The notes: a model not told the origin generated them from the sequence alone. A stretch of DNA of 61,965 nucleotides from an uncultured Pseudomonadales bacterium (GCA_964633875.1 CAZWKL010000002.1:89338-151302); one strand, 5' to 3'. Positions 10,361 to 20,057 are shown, counted from the first letter of the stretch. Numbers and translations are program-made.

Positions 10361-10426
10361 CATGTCTCTTCCTAAATTTTCCGTAGATATAGCGTCTTTT
10401 TTTATATCAACTTAAAATAATGCAAA

Positions 10427-10455
10427 TTGACTAAATTAATGTAATAATATATAGT
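10427..10455 (+). promoter_or_regulatory. Sigma70 promoter of the TA operon
   Basis: TTGACT-17 nt-TATAGT, 9 nt upstream of the antitoxin ATG. Confidence 0.65.
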
Positions 10456-10464
10456 TAATGCAAC

Positions 10465-10740
10465 ATGTTAAATATAGTAAGTATCACTTCTCAAGGTCAA
10501 ATTAGCATTCCTGCCAAGTTCAGAAAGGCACTTGGACTTAAAAATCCAGGCAAGGCGTATGTTAAACTCGAGCAGGGTAGGTTGGTGGTAGAGCCGATCC
10601 CCGACTTTCTCCAACTAGCAGGTGAGCTTCGCAGCAAAGCCAAAACCGGAAAATCAATTGAAACAATCATCAAATTGGAGAAAAAAGCTGCAGTAAAAGC
10701 AAGAATTGACAAGTATCATAAGAAAATTGCTGAAAAATAA
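10465..10740 (+). CDS. AbrB/MazE/SpoVT-family antitoxin (VapB-like)
   Basis: SITSQGQISIPAKFRKALGL...LVVEP swapped-hairpin signature; directly upstream of a PIN gene. Confidence 0.88.
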   Translation: MLNIVSITSQGQISIPAKFRKALGLKNPGKAYVKLEQGRLVVEPIPDFLQLAGELRSKAKTGKSIETIIKLEKKAAVKARIDKYHKKIAEK

Positions 10741-10751
10741 CAAACTGGCGT

Positions 10752-11162
10752 ATGACTACTTATTATACTGATACCAACGTTTTTTTACGTTTCCTGTTGC
10801 AAGATAATGATCAATTATTTCAGCTAAGTAAAAGATATTTTACCCGGGCTGCTGCTGGTGAAATTACTATCTGCGTCTTATCAGAAATTATCCCGGAGTT
10901 GGTTTATGTTTTGGAGAAAATTTACTCACTTTCAGCTGATGAAATTACGAAGTGCATCGGTAGTATCATCAGAACACCATATTTTCAGGTAGAACAGAGG
11001 CAAGCTTGGATGCGGTCGCTGGAGCTGTACCAAGTTGTCGATGCAGATATTGTCGATATTTTTTTAGCGGTCAAAGCTAATGAAGGCAAAGTAGGCGTTT
11101 TGTCCTTCGATAAGGATTTTAAGAAAATTGATCGAGCACTGAGAAAAATAAAAAGCAATTAA
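10752..11162 (+). CDS. vapC: PIN-domain toxin (VapC-like)
   Basis: DTNVFLR N-terminal acidic motif, E helix, D-IVD and SFDKDF C-terminal motif. Confidence 0.88.
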   Translation: MTTYYTDTNVFLRFLLQDNDQLFQLSKRYFTRAAAGEITICVLSEIIPELVYVLEKIYSLSADEITKCIGSIIRTPYFQVEQRQAWMRSLELYQVVDADIVDIFLAVKANEGKVGVLSFDKDFKKIDRALRKIKSN

Positions 11163-11188
11163 CAAGCCCCAGTGCTACAATACACCTC

Positions 11189-12271
11189 ATGTCACTCTCA
11201 GTCGGAATTGTTGGCCTGCCAAACGTGGGTAAATCCACTTTGTTTAACGCGCTTTTGAAGCGCCAGGTGGCTTTGGCGGCTAATTATCCTTTTGCCACCA
11301 TTGATCCCAACACCGGCGTGGTGCCGGTGCCGGATGAACGCCTCGAGAAATTGGCGGCAATTGTCAAAACTGAAGTGATTAAACCGGCCACGGTAGAGTT
11401 TGTCGATATTGCCGGTTTGGTGAAAGGGGCCAGCGAAGGCGAAGGCCTGGGCAACAAATTTTTAGCCCATATCCGCGAGGTGGACTTGATCGCCCACGTT
11501 ATTCGCGGTTTTTCCGACCACTCGGTTTTGCGGGAAGGCAGCATTGATCCCCAAACCGATCGTCAAACCATCGAAATGGAACTGCTTTTGGCAGATATCG
11601 CCACTTTAGAAAAACAAAAAGAACCCAAAGCTAGCAAGGACAAGGACGAGTTGGCCCGCTGGACGGCAGTACAAAAAATGCTGGAAGCTGCCCGCAACGA
11701 AACTTTAATTGCTGCCGCTCTCACTACACCCGAGGAGCAGAAAATTGCCCGCGAACTCGGCTTGCTTACTGCCAAATCAATCATTTATGTGATCAATGTT
11801 GACGAAGCGGTAGTGAGTCAACAAGAATCTCTGACTCAAAAGTTCGTTGCTGAACTGGAAATCAAGCCTGAACAAATCATCATTATCAGCGCCCAGATCG
11901 AGAGCGAGCTTTCATCCCTCAGCGACGAAGACCAAAAACTTTACCTCAACGATCTCGGCCTACAAAAAAGCGGCCTGGAGCGACTAATTCAACGGGCCTA
12001 CCAACAGTTGAAACTGCAAAGCTTTCTTACTGCCGGTGAGAAGGAAGTTCGTGCCTGGACAGTTCGCCAAGGTACTACCGCGCCTCAGGCAGCCGGGACT
12101 ATTCACACCGATTTTGCCAAAAAATTCATCAAAGCCAAGGTGGCAGATTACCAGGATTTTCTTGATTGCAACGGTTGGAAAGGTCTGAAAGAAAGCGGCA
12201 AACTCCGGCTTGAAGGCAGAGATTACGTAATGCAGGAGGGCGACGTAGTCGAGTTCATGATTGGCGCCTAA
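11189..12271 (+). CDS. ychF: Redox-regulated ATPase YchF
   Basis: GIVGLPNVGKST, NYPFATIDPN, DIAGLVKGAS, TGS domain APQAAGTIHTDF. Confidence 0.97.
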   Translation: MSLSVGIVGLPNVGKSTLFNALLKRQVALAANYPFATIDPNTGVVPVPDERLEKLAAIVKTEVIKPATVEFVDIAGLVKGASEGEGLGNKFLAHIREVDLIAHVIRGFSDHSVLREGSIDPQTDRQTIEMELLLADIATLEKQKEPKASKDKDELARWTAVQKMLEAARNETLIAAALTTPEEQKIARELGLLTAKSIIYVINVDEAVVSQQESLTQKFVAELEIKPEQIIIISAQIESELSSLSDEDQKLYLNDLGLQKSGLERLIQRAYQQLKLQSFLTAGEKEVRAWTVRQGTTAPQAAGTIHTDFAKKFIKAKVADYQDFLDCNGWKGLKESGKLRLEGRDYVMQEGDVVEFMIGA

Positions 12272-12310
12272 GCTTGTGCTATAATATCTACTCAACATTA
12301 TTAATTAATT

Positions 12311-12363
12311 CTGTCTATCCGCCTGCGGCTACGCCTACGACGGATTCCAAGGCTCTAAGGCAG
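12311..12363 (+). promoter_or_regulatory. Structured 5' leader of rpsF-ssb-rpsR (candidate S6:S18 autoregulatory RNA)
   Basis: Nested pairings CTGTCT/AGGCAG and ATCCG/CGGAT between a TGC-TATAAT -10 (12278-12283 region) and the AGGAG RBS. Confidence 0.35.
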
Positions 12364-12379
12364 AATGAAAGGAGCAAGT

Positions 12380-12742
12380 ATGATTAAACTTCCACCAAAA
12401 AACTTGGTGCGTCAATACGAATTAACTTTCGTCATTCCTGGTGATCGAACCAGTGTGCAAGTGGCTGCCGTTGATACCGCGGTGAAAACTTTGGCCAAAA
12501 AGCACAAAATTAAGGTAGTTTCAGAAGAAGATTGGGGCAAAAAAGAGTTGGCCTACACCATTGTTCACAACACCAAGCGCCACGATGAAGGCTATTATCA
12601 TCATTTTGTTTTGGAAACAGAAGCGAGTAATGTTCGGGATTTTGAACAAGATATTAGTCTCAACCAGGACGTTATGCGTCATTTGTTGGTAATTGCGGAG
12701 GAAACTCCGGCGGTAGCAGCGCCTGAATCAGCAGAGGAGTAA
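12380..12742 (+). CDS. rpsF: 30S ribosomal protein S6
   Basis: YELTFVI, WGKKELAYTI, GYY, VMRHLLV; start at ATG 12380 after AGGAG. Confidence 0.93.
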   Translation: MIKLPPKNLVRQYELTFVIPGDRTSVQVAAVDTAVKTLAKKHKIKVVSEEDWGKKELAYTIVHNTKRHDEGYYHHFVLETEASNVRDFEQDISLNQDVMRHLLVIAEETPAVAAPESAEE

Positions 12743-12840
12743 GTTCTACAGTTAATTCAAGCTAAGACAGATAAATTAAGCATAGTAATAGAGAGTACAG
12801 ACCGCCTCGCGGTTCAAACAGGTACAGAAAGGATGATTCA

Positions 12841-13296
12841 ATGTCAGTCCGCTCACTTAATAAAGTAATGTTAATCGGGAATCTTACCCGAGATCCAAAC
12901 CTTCGTTACACTCCCAACAACACCGCGGTGTGTTCGTTTGGTTTGGCCACCAACCGTTCTTGGACTTCAACTGAAGGCACTGAGAAGCAAGAAAGAGTGG
13001 AGTACCACAATATCGTGGCTTGGTCCAAATTGGCAGAAATTTGCGAGCAACTGCTGCACAAGGGAGACAAAGTTTATGTCGAAGGCAGGCTCCAGACTCG
13101 AGAATGGAAAACTGAAGACAATGTTGAGCGCCGAACCACTGAAGTAGTCATTGATAACATGATCTTACTCAGATCATCGTCAGGCGTGAGTAGCAGTGAC
13201 GATACCTCAGATGTTGCAGACGCTCCGGACGAAGAAATGCCGAGCGCGGATGATGTTTCCGAAGCAGAGGATGTAGCAGATGATGTCCCATTTTAG
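12841..13296 (+). CDS. ssb: Single-stranded DNA-binding protein
   Basis: LNKVMLIGNLTRDP, VEGRLQTREW, acidic tail ending DDVPF. Confidence 0.97.
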   Translation: MSVRSLNKVMLIGNLTRDPNLRYTPNNTAVCSFGLATNRSWTSTEGTEKQERVEYHNIVAWSKLAEICEQLLHKGDKVYVEGRLQTREWKTEDNVERRTTEVVIDNMILLRSSSGVSSSDDTSDVADAPDEEMPSADDVSEAEDVADDVPF

Positions 13297-13326
13297 GGAG
13301 CAGTCGTCTCAATAGAAAGGAAAAAT

Positions 13327-13542
13327 ATGGTCAAGAGAACAACTCCAGTTAGAGCCAAAACTGATCTCCGAGCAACTTTTTCATACAAAAATTATGAAGA
13401 TTTGCGCCGGTTTATTACCACTCAAGGATCAATTCTCTCCAGAAGTGAAACCAGACTAACGCAAAAACAACAACGTGGTTTGGCTAAGGCTATCAAGAGA
13501 GCCAGGCATTTAGCTTTGCTGCCATTTACGCAAACTGTGTAA
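13327..13542 (+). CDS. rpsR: 30S ribosomal protein S18
   Basis: YKN..LRRFI..G.IL.R..T....[18 protein letters not shown]. Confidence 0.95.
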   Translation: MVKRTTPVRAKTDLRATFSYKNYEDLRRFITTQGSILSRSETRLTQKQQRGLAKAIKRARHLALLPFTQTV

Positions 13543-13553
13543 ACAGAAAATTA

Positions 13554-13580
13554 AAAATACCCCTGACACAGGGGTATTTT
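13554..13580 (+). terminator. Intrinsic terminator after rpsR
   Basis: AAAATACCCCT-GACAC-AGGGGTATTTT perfect 11-bp stem. Confidence 0.85.
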
Positions 13581-13658
13581 TCTATTAAGGCAGAAATGAC
13601 TCTAGCAAACAATTCTGGTTTTGAAAAAATCAGTGTTTCTGCGTACAATGAAAACCTC

Positions 13659-14918
13659 ATGAGAATTCAACCAACCACTATCCGCAGCTTGATTATCTCA
13701 CTTTTGCTGATTATCACTGGACTTTTTGCCGAGTACCGGTATGGTTTGGTAGAGAAGTTTATCAGGGAAACACCCGAAGCGGCCTTTTTGCAACGGCCTT
13801 CAGCCAGATCTCTAGTCACTGATACTGAAATTCCCGCCGACAAACAACAAGAAGTTTCTTTCGAAACCTTTTGGGAAGTCTGGAACTATCTGGAGCGCGA
13901 TTACTTAGAACCCGGAGACATCAACGCCGAAAATATGGTCAATGGCGCCATTGCCGGCATGACTGCGGCGCTGGGAGATCCTTATACAGTTTACTTGCCC
14001 CCAGTAGACAATCAACGCAGCGGCGAGGATTTGGCCGGGGCGTTTTACGGCATTGGTATTGAGTTGGGATATGTGGAGGGAATTTTGGCGGCAGTGGCTC
14101 CTCTCAGGGGAACGCCTGCCGAAGCAGCCGGTATTCAGGCTGGCGACTTGATTATTAAGGTCAAAGACGAAGCTAAGAGCATTGATGAAGATTCTGCCCA
14201 GTGGCCACTCAACAAAGCCGTTGATACGATTCGCGGCCCCAAGGGTACGCCAATTATCCTAACCCTGTTGAGAAAAGGAGTGGATGAACCGTTTGAAGTG
14301 ACTATTCTCAGGGATGAAATTGTGGTCAATTCAGCAGAAGTAGAGTTTGTTGAGCATGCCGGCAAAAAAGTGGCTCACATCATACTTTCCCGGTTTGGCG
14401 AGAGAACTAACGGTGAGTGGGACGCGGTAGTCAATGAAATTTTGAAAAACAGACCAGGTTTAGACGGAATTATTTTAGATATGCGCAACAACCCGGGCGG
14501 CTTTTTTGACGGTGCTATTATTATTGCCTCTGAATTTATTGACTCCGGTGTGGTGGTAACGCAAAAGGGCCAACTGTTGGAAGAAAATTACAATACCAGA
14601 GGCCGCGCCCGCCTAAGCTGGGCGCCGGTGGAGGTTTTGGTGAATAAAGGCAGTGCTTCTGCTTCGGAAATCGTGGCTGGGGCTTTGCGGGACAGAAAAG
14701 GCGCCAGACTAATTGGCCAGCAGACATTTGGCAAGGGCACGGTCCAGGATAGGAGAGAGCTTACCAACGGCGGTGGTTTGCATGTCACTATTGCCCGCTG
14801 GATGCTGCCTGGTGGAGACTGGATTCATGACAGCGGTATTCCGGTTGATGTTGAAGTGGAGCAGGACTTCGAAACTGAAGCCGATGAGCAATTGCTCAAA
14901 GCTATCGAAGAGTTATAA
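13659..14918 (+). CDS. S41 family C-terminal processing peptidase (CtpA/Prc-like) with PDZ
   Basis: TM anchor, GIGIEL PDZ, DMRNNPGG, GSASASE, TFGKGTVQ; start placed at ATG 13659 after a TACAAT box. Confidence 0.93.
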   Translation: MRIQPTTIRSLIISLLLIITGLFAEYRYGLVEKFIRETPEAAFLQRPSARSLVTDTEIPADKQQEVSFETFWEVWNYLERDYLEPGDINAENMVNGAIAGMTAALGDPYTVYLPPVDNQRSGEDLAGAFYGIGIELGYVEGILAAVAPLRGTPAEAAGIQAGDLIIKVKDEAKSIDEDSAQWPLNKAVDTIRGPKGTPIILTLLRKGVDEPFEVTILRDEIVVNSAEVEFVEHAGKKVAHIILSRFGERTNGEWDAVVNEILKNRPGLDGIILDMRNNPGGFFDGAIIIASEFIDSGVVVTQKGQLLEENYNTRGRARLSWAPVEVLVNKGSASASEIVAGALRDRKGARLIGQQTFGKGTVQDRRELTNGGGLHVTIARWMLPGGDWIHDSGIPVDVEVEQDFETEADEQLLKAIEEL

Positions 14919-14932
14919 TTAAAACAACGGTT

Positions 14933-16084
14933 ATGAACAAGAATTCAAGACGTTCTTTTATCATGGGTTTGCTGGTTTCGGTCTTGCTTTTGGCCAGTTT
15001 TTTCTTTGGTGCCATTGCTGACCGGATTTTTGTCTTAAAACCTCTGGATTTTTTGGTGAATCGCGGCGGAGGATTGGTTCAGAACCAAGAACAGCGCGCT
15101 CTGCTCAATTTGCGGGATGAAACCTACCTGGTAGCGGCGGTAGTAGAGAACTCCGCGGATTCGGTGGTGACGGTTTCCGTGAAGCGGCAAGAGAGACAGC
15201 TTGATCCGTTGAGCCTTTTTGGTTTTGGTTTTCCCAGTGGAGCAGTGCAGGAAGTTCAGCGTGATATTGGCAGTGGTTTTGTAGTTGAAGGGAACTTGGT
15301 GGTGACCAACAAGCATGTGGTGGCTGATACTGCCGCTGAGTACTCGATTATCGATCACAGCGACAATGAGTATCGGGTCGTCAATATTTACCGTGATCCT
15401 GCTAATGATCTGGCCATTTTGCGAGTTGAGAATATGAACCTGCCGCCGCTGGCATTGGGTGATTCTGATCAAATCAGGGTGGGTGAGCCGGCCATTGCTA
15501 TTGGCACGGCGCTCGGGGAGTTTCGTCATACCGTCACTTCTGGTGTCATTTCCGGACTGGGTCGGGGTATCCAGGCTGGCAGTCCTTTCAGTCAGATTGA
15601 AACGTTGGAGGGGGTGATTCAGACTGATGCTGCCATTAATCCGGGCAACTCAGGCGGGCCGCTGTTGAATGCTGCCGGAGAAGTGATTGGGGTCAATGTG
15701 GCGGTAACGCAGGGAGCGGAGAACATTGGTTTTGCTATTCCGATTAATGTTGTCAAAGCTTCGCTTGATAATTTCAATGAAACTGGCCAGTTTGACCGAC
15801 CGTTTCTGGGGGTGAGGTATCAAATTATTTCTGAGCAGGCAGCGCTGGCCAACGAACTGCCTCGGGGAGCTTATATTTTTGAAGTGGTGGCTGGTTCTGT
15901 GGCGGCAGAGGCGGGCATTGAGGCCGGTGATGTTTTGATCAGTATTGACGGAGAGCGGTTGGATGAAGAGCATGATCTGGCAGTAGTGATCAATAACAAA
16001 CGAGTAGGGCAGAGAGTAGAGTTAGAGTATTGGTCGGAGGGCAACCGGCGCACGGCTATGGTGACGTTGAGGGCTTCAGAGTAA
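14933..16084 (+). CDS. htrA: HtrA/DegP-like trypsin serine protease with PDZ
   Basis: GSGF..TNKHVV, DLA, INPGNSGGPL, C-terminal PDZ (FLGV). Confidence 0.92.
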   Translation: MNKNSRRSFIMGLLVSVLLLASFFFGAIADRIFVLKPLDFLVNRGGGLVQNQEQRALLNLRDETYLVAAVVENSADSVVTVSVKRQERQLDPLSLFGFGFPSGAVQEVQRDIGSGFVVEGNLVVTNKHVVADTAAEYSIIDHSDNEYRVVNIYRDPANDLAILRVENMNLPPLALGDSDQIRVGEPAIAIGTALGEFRHTVTSGVISGLGRGIQAGSPFSQIETLEGVIQTDAAINPGNSGGPLLNAAGEVIGVNVAVTQGAENIGFAIPINVVKASLDNFNETGQFDRPFLGVRYQIISEQAALANELPRGAYIFEVVAGSVAAEAGIEAGDVLISIDGERLDEEHDLAVVINNKRVGQRVELEYWSEGNRRTAMVTLRASE

Positions 16085-16112
16085 AGTTTATTCAGTTTTG
16101 GCGCTGGCCGCT

Positions 16113-17078
16113 TCAGGCTTCAGCGTCAATTTTCCTTAAAGCTAAAATTAGATCGGTAAACATTTCTTCGAGCAAGCCATTCAGGATTTCCGGTAGGTTG
16201 TGCCAGGATTGTTTGGTGCGGTGATCGGTAATTCGGTTTTGAGGATAGTTGTAGGTGCGGATTTTTTCACTGCGGCGCGCGCGCCCAATAGCGCTGCGCG
16301 CCTTGCCAATCTTAGCCAGCCTTTTTTCTTCTTCAATCTCCCACAGTTGTGAGCGCAACAGCTCCAAAGCCAGTTTGCGATTTTGCTCTTGTTTCTTTTC
16401 TTGCCTGGAAGTCACTACGATGCCACTGGGGGTATGGGTTAGTCGTACGGCGCTGCTGGTTTTATTGACACTTTGGCCGCCGGCGCCACTCGAGCGCATA
16501 AACTGCCATTCCAAATCTTCGTCACGAATTTCCACCGCATTTGCCGCCACTTCAGGCAGAACCGCCACCGAGCAAGTAGAAGTATGAATCCTACCCTGAG
16601 CCTCGGTTGCCGGTACGCGCTGAACCCGGTGCACGCCGGACTCGTACTTAAACAACTCGTAAGCAGTCATGTAAGGGATTTCTTCAGTCTGCAGCGTCTC
16701 CAGCTCTCTGGTTTTGCCTTGCACTTTAATCACCAAATCATCAATATAATGAAATTTCAGCCCCAGTTTTTCGATAAAACGAATGTACATGCGCAAAATA
16801 TCATTGGCCCAGATCTTGGCTTCGTCACCGCCTGTTCCCGGTCGTAACTCGATAGTGCAGTTCACCTGCTCAGCATCGGCAGCCGCGCCTTCACCAGCGG
16901 CCAGATTCTGTTCGTACTCAAGGGCTGCTTTTTCCAGCGCCGCCTTTTGGTTTTTCAGTTGGGCAATTTCGTTTTCAGCCAAAGCCTTGAGTTCTTTATC
17001 ACCAGCATGCAACAGCGCCTCAGCTTCTGCCAACTGCTGATTAAGATGGTCGATTTGGTCTTGGTAAGGATTAAACAT
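16113..17078 (-). CDS. prfA: Peptide chain release factor 1
   Basis: GVHRVQRVPAT (PxT), GAGGQSVN, IRTYNYPQ. Confidence 0.95.
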   Translation of the reverse strand: MFNPYQDQIDHLNQQLAEAEALLHAGDKELKALAENEIAQLKNQKAALEKAALEYEQNLAAGEGAAADAEQVNCTIELRPGTGGDEAKIWANDILRMYIRFIEKLGLKFHYIDDLVIKVQGKTRELETLQTEEIPYMTAYELFKYESGVHRVQRVPATEAQGRIHTSTCSVAVLPEVAANAVEIRDEDLEWQFMRSSGAGGQSVNKTSSAVRLTHTPSGIVVTSRQEKKQEQNRKLALELLRSQLWEIEEEKRLAKIGKARSAIGRARRSEKIRTYNYPQNRITDHRTKQSWHNLPEILNGLLEEMFTDLILALRKIDAEA

Positions 17079-17135
17079 AGCACTATTGTAGCAGGGCTTT
17101 AACGGTCTTTGGTTTAGCAGGGAATGAGTGGTGAG

Positions 17136-17483
17136 CTAATTGGCTTTAGCTTTTGCCTTTTTATCAGTCTTTTTCGCTTCCTGGCGCAGTTGAGTTTGTT
17201 GCTCACGCAGCAATTCGCGGTAAGACTTAGGCTCTTCAGTTTTAGCCGATTTAGCAGACTTTTTAGCAGCTTTTCTTGGTTGAGCGGCAGCCATTTTCTT
17301 CTTGAATTTGTCAACCCGGCCCTGACGGTCAATAAACTTGACCTCACCAGTAAAGAAAGGGTGGCACTTGTTGCAGATGTCCACTTCTAAAGTTTGCTGA
17401 TTCGAGCCAATCACAAAAGTATTGCCGCAACTGCAGGTTACCTGACAGTCACTGTACCAAGTGGGATGGATACCTTTTTGCAT
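17136..17483 (-). CDS. rpmE: 50S ribosomal protein L31 with Lys/Ala-rich C-terminal extension
   Basis: [29 protein letters not shown]. Confidence 0.95.
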   Translation of the reverse strand: MQKGIHPTWYSDCQVTCSCGNTFVIGSNQQTLEVDICNKCHPFFTGEVKFIDRQGRVDKFKKKMAAAQPRKAAKKSAKSAKTEEPKSYRELLREQQTQLRQEAKKTDKKAKAKAN

Positions 17484-17604
17484 AAATTCTTTCTTCTTAT
17501 CCTGAACAGGCAGTTATTGTACCACAAAAACTGGGGCTGTGTAGGTAAAAAATTGGCAGTGATCAGCAAAATCCATACTGGTTTGGCTGTTGCTTTCTTT
17601 TCCC

Positions 17605-18552
17605 CTAACTACGTAGATAATTTTTTCTTTCTGCCACCAAAACTCCCAAGAAAACTACCAGCAGCGCCACAATTTGCACCGGGTGGATGCCTTCATTCAG
17701 CATCAGCATGCCCAAGGGCAGATAAATCAGCGGCTGCAAGTAATTGAAAAGACTGGCCTCAGACGCCTCCAACACTTCCATGGCCTTGATCAGCGCGGTG
17801 TAACCAATGATCGAGCCAAAAGTGGCCATGTAAATTGCCGCGGTCACTACACTGGGCGCGGCCAGATCTGTTTGAATCGCCGCGGTCAAGGCAGGGAAGG
17901 AAAAACCGGCTTCCACCCAGCTCAAAATCGCGAAACTTACCAGGCCGACATAAAAACTCAGCGAGCTGGCCAAAAGTTTGGGAATTTGCCGGTAGTATTT
18001 TTTGGTGAGCGGATAGTAAAAACCGTTCAAAATCAGGCTAAAAATAACTAAAAAATTACCTAGCAAAGCAATTTCTCCCAACGCCTCGTTTTCGGTGAAG
18101 AGCGGCACTAGAGACAGAACCAGCGTGCCCAGAAAAGCAATCGTCAAGCCCATTGACTCATTTTTCTCCAGCCTCTCCTTAAAAAGCAGCACTCCCACCA
18201 GAGTAATAAAAAGCGGCTGAGTGGTGCCAAGCAAGGAGGCCTCAATACCGCTGGTCCGCTGCAGACCGGTGTACAGGAGCCAGAGAGTGAAGGTAGTGCC
18301 GAGCAGCTCAATCAGGGTAATGTGGATGATGTTCTTTATGGATGGCTTGGCCCGGTGCCAAAAATAAAGCAAAATCGGCAGACCGATAGCGGCAGCCAGC
18401 ACATAGCGGTAGAGCAAAAAGCGGTAGGGGGTAGTCACATCCAGGCCAGGTTTGACAATGATCAGCGCCGCGCCCCAAGTGATGGTATTGACGATCATGA
18501 AGAGATAAGCGCCCAGGCGGGACGGTATTTTGAGTGGCTGCTTTTTTGTCAT
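17605..18552 (-). CDS. DMT/EamA family transporter
   Basis: About 10 TM helices in two repeats; TWG, YTGLQRTS..EASLL, P...LPLG..L.E motifs; start placed at MTKKQ. Confidence 0.88.
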   Translation of the reverse strand: MTKKQPLKIPSRLGAYLFMIVNTITWGAALIIVKPGLDVTTPYRFLLYRYVLAAAIGLPILLYFWHRAKPSIKNIIHITLIELLGTTFTLWLLYTGLQRTSGIEASLLGTTQPLFITLVGVLLFKERLEKNESMGLTIAFLGTLVLSLVPLFTENEALGEIALLGNFLVIFSLILNGFYYPLTKKYYRQIPKLLASSLSFYVGLVSFAILSWVEAGFSFPALTAAIQTDLAAPSVVTAAIYMATFGSIIGYTALIKAMEVLEASEASLFNYLQPLIYLPLGMLMLNEGIHPVQIVALLVVFLGVLVAERKNYLRS

Positions 18553-18565
18553 CTGGAGTCGGTTT

Positions 18566-19813
18566 CTACCTGGCGGATAAAATCTGGCCAATCAGTTCCT
18601 CAACTGTCAGTAATTCTTGTTGGCCGGTTTGCATATTTTTCAGAGCTACTTTTTCTGCCTCGATTTCCTGCTCACCGATGATAGCCACAAAGGGAATTTT
18701 CTTCTGATCTGCCAACTTGAACTGCTTGCCGAGCTTGTCTGGTTCAGGGTAAATTTCTGTTTTCAAGCCGGCCGCGCGGAGCTTGCTAGCTAGTTGCAAG
18801 GAATTTTCTATATATTGTTCGTCGAAAAGAGTAATTAGGAGATCGGCGCTGCGGTTGTTGAACTCAAGTGTTTGGAGCTGCATGGCGGCTTCAACAGTTC
18901 TGTCAAAACCAATGCCAAAGCCAACCGCCGGCAGCCGTAATCCGGAAAGGTTTTCTATGAGTTGATCATAACGGCCACCACCACCCACCGAACCAACAGT
19001 GTATTCGGGAATTCTAGCTTCAAAAATGAGGCCGGTGTAGTAGTCCAAACCGCGAGCCAACTTCGGGTTAAATTTGAGGGCTGACTCAGGTACACCTAGT
19101 GCTAAAACATTGTTTGCAATTTTCAACAAATTGCTTGACATTTCAATGTTATTGAGAGTAATAAAAAGCTCGTCGGCAGCAGCTTTGCTCAGACCTTTGT
19201 CCATGAGTTCAGCCGCAATTTCCGCCTCAGATTTTTTGTCTAATTTGTCAACAGTTTGCACTAAAGAAAAGACATCAACGGTTTCATTGGCAAAAGGCGA
19301 GAGCGCGGTGAGCAGAGTTTGCCGGTCGTTGATTTCCAACACCACCGAAGTTAAACCGAGCGAACGGAAAACTTCGTAAAAAACCGCTAAAATTTCCGCG
19401 TCCGCTACCTGCGAGGTAGTGCCAAAAATGTCGCAATCACACTGAGTGAATTCTCGGTAACGTCCGCGCTGCGGCTTATCTGCCCGGAAAACATTTTGAA
19501 TCTGGTAGCGCCGGAAAAATTTAGGCAGTTGGGACTGATATTGGGCCAGCACTCGAGAAGAGGGCACGGTTTGATCGTACCGCAAGCCAACCTCCCTCCC
19601 GCCTTTATCCTCAAAAGTGTAAACCAATTTGTCTGCTTCCTGGCCATAATTGCCCAGCAGCAGCTCGGCATACTCGAGGGTGGGGGTTTCTATGGGTTCA
19701 AAGCCAAACCTTTCAAAAACCTCACTCATTTTTTTGGCCACAAAATCCCGAGCCCTTTTTTCTTCAGGGAGCAAGTCGCGAAAACCTTTCAGAGTTTGTA
19801 CAGTATTTTTCAT
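18566..19813 (-). CDS. hisS: Histidine--tRNA ligase
   Basis: KGFRD, LRYDQTV, FRADKPQRGRYREF, RGLDYYTG, GGGRYD, GFGIGFDR. Confidence 0.97.
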   Translation of the reverse strand: MKNTVQTLKGFRDLLPEEKRARDFVAKKMSEVFERFGFEPIETPTLEYAELLLGNYGQEADKLVYTFEDKGGREVGLRYDQTVPSSRVLAQYQSQLPKFFRRYQIQNVFRADKPQRGRYREFTQCDCDIFGTTSQVADAEILAVFYEVFRSLGLTSVVLEINDRQTLLTALSPFANETVDVFSLVQTVDKLDKKSEAEIAAELMDKGLSKAAADELFITLNNIEMSSNLLKIANNVLALGVPESALKFNPKLARGLDYYTGLIFEARIPEYTVGSVGGGGRYDQLIENLSGLRLPAVGFGIGFDRTVEAAMQLQTLEFNNRSADLLITLFDEQYIENSLQLASKLRAAGLKTEIYPEPDKLGKQFKLADQKKIPFVAIIGEQEIEAEKVALKNMQTGQQELLTVEELIGQILSAR

Positions 19814-19882
19814 CTTTATCCTTTAATCTAATTATTGTAACATTTGTGGCCTTGTTTGACGGGGTGCAGAGAGGAGGGCAAC

Positions 19883-19903
19883 AAAAAACTCCCCAGAGGG
19901 AGT
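19883..19903 (-). terminator. Intrinsic terminator of the putative hisS attenuator
   Basis: Minus strand ACTCCC-TCTG-GGGAGT followed by TTTTT. Confidence 0.7.
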
Positions 19904-19944
19904 GTTTGCAAATTGGCCAAGGTATATAATGTCAAGTTATAGAA

Positions 19945-20022
19945 TTAGGCACAGCGAACCACTCCCGGCTGATGGTTGGGATGATGGCAAACCAAGCTAA
20001 TACTGTCAGTAATACAGGCCAT
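19945..20022 (-). CDS. Putative His-containing leader peptide MACITDSISLVCHHPNHQPGVVRCA (25 aa)
   Basis: ATG 6 nt after the -10 of a TTGACA-17-CATAAT promoter; CAT codons at 13, 14 and 17; overlaps the antiterminator segment. Confidence 0.55.
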   Translation of the reverse strand: MACITDSISLVCHHPNHQPGVVRCA

Positions 20023-20028
20023 ACTTCA

Positions 20029-20057
20029 ATTATGAGCCTATAATATGGAAATGTCAA
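20029..20057 (-). promoter_or_regulatory. Sigma70 promoter driving the leader peptide/hisS
   Basis: TTGACA (20057-20052), 17-nt spacer, CATAAT (20034-20029). Confidence 0.65.
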
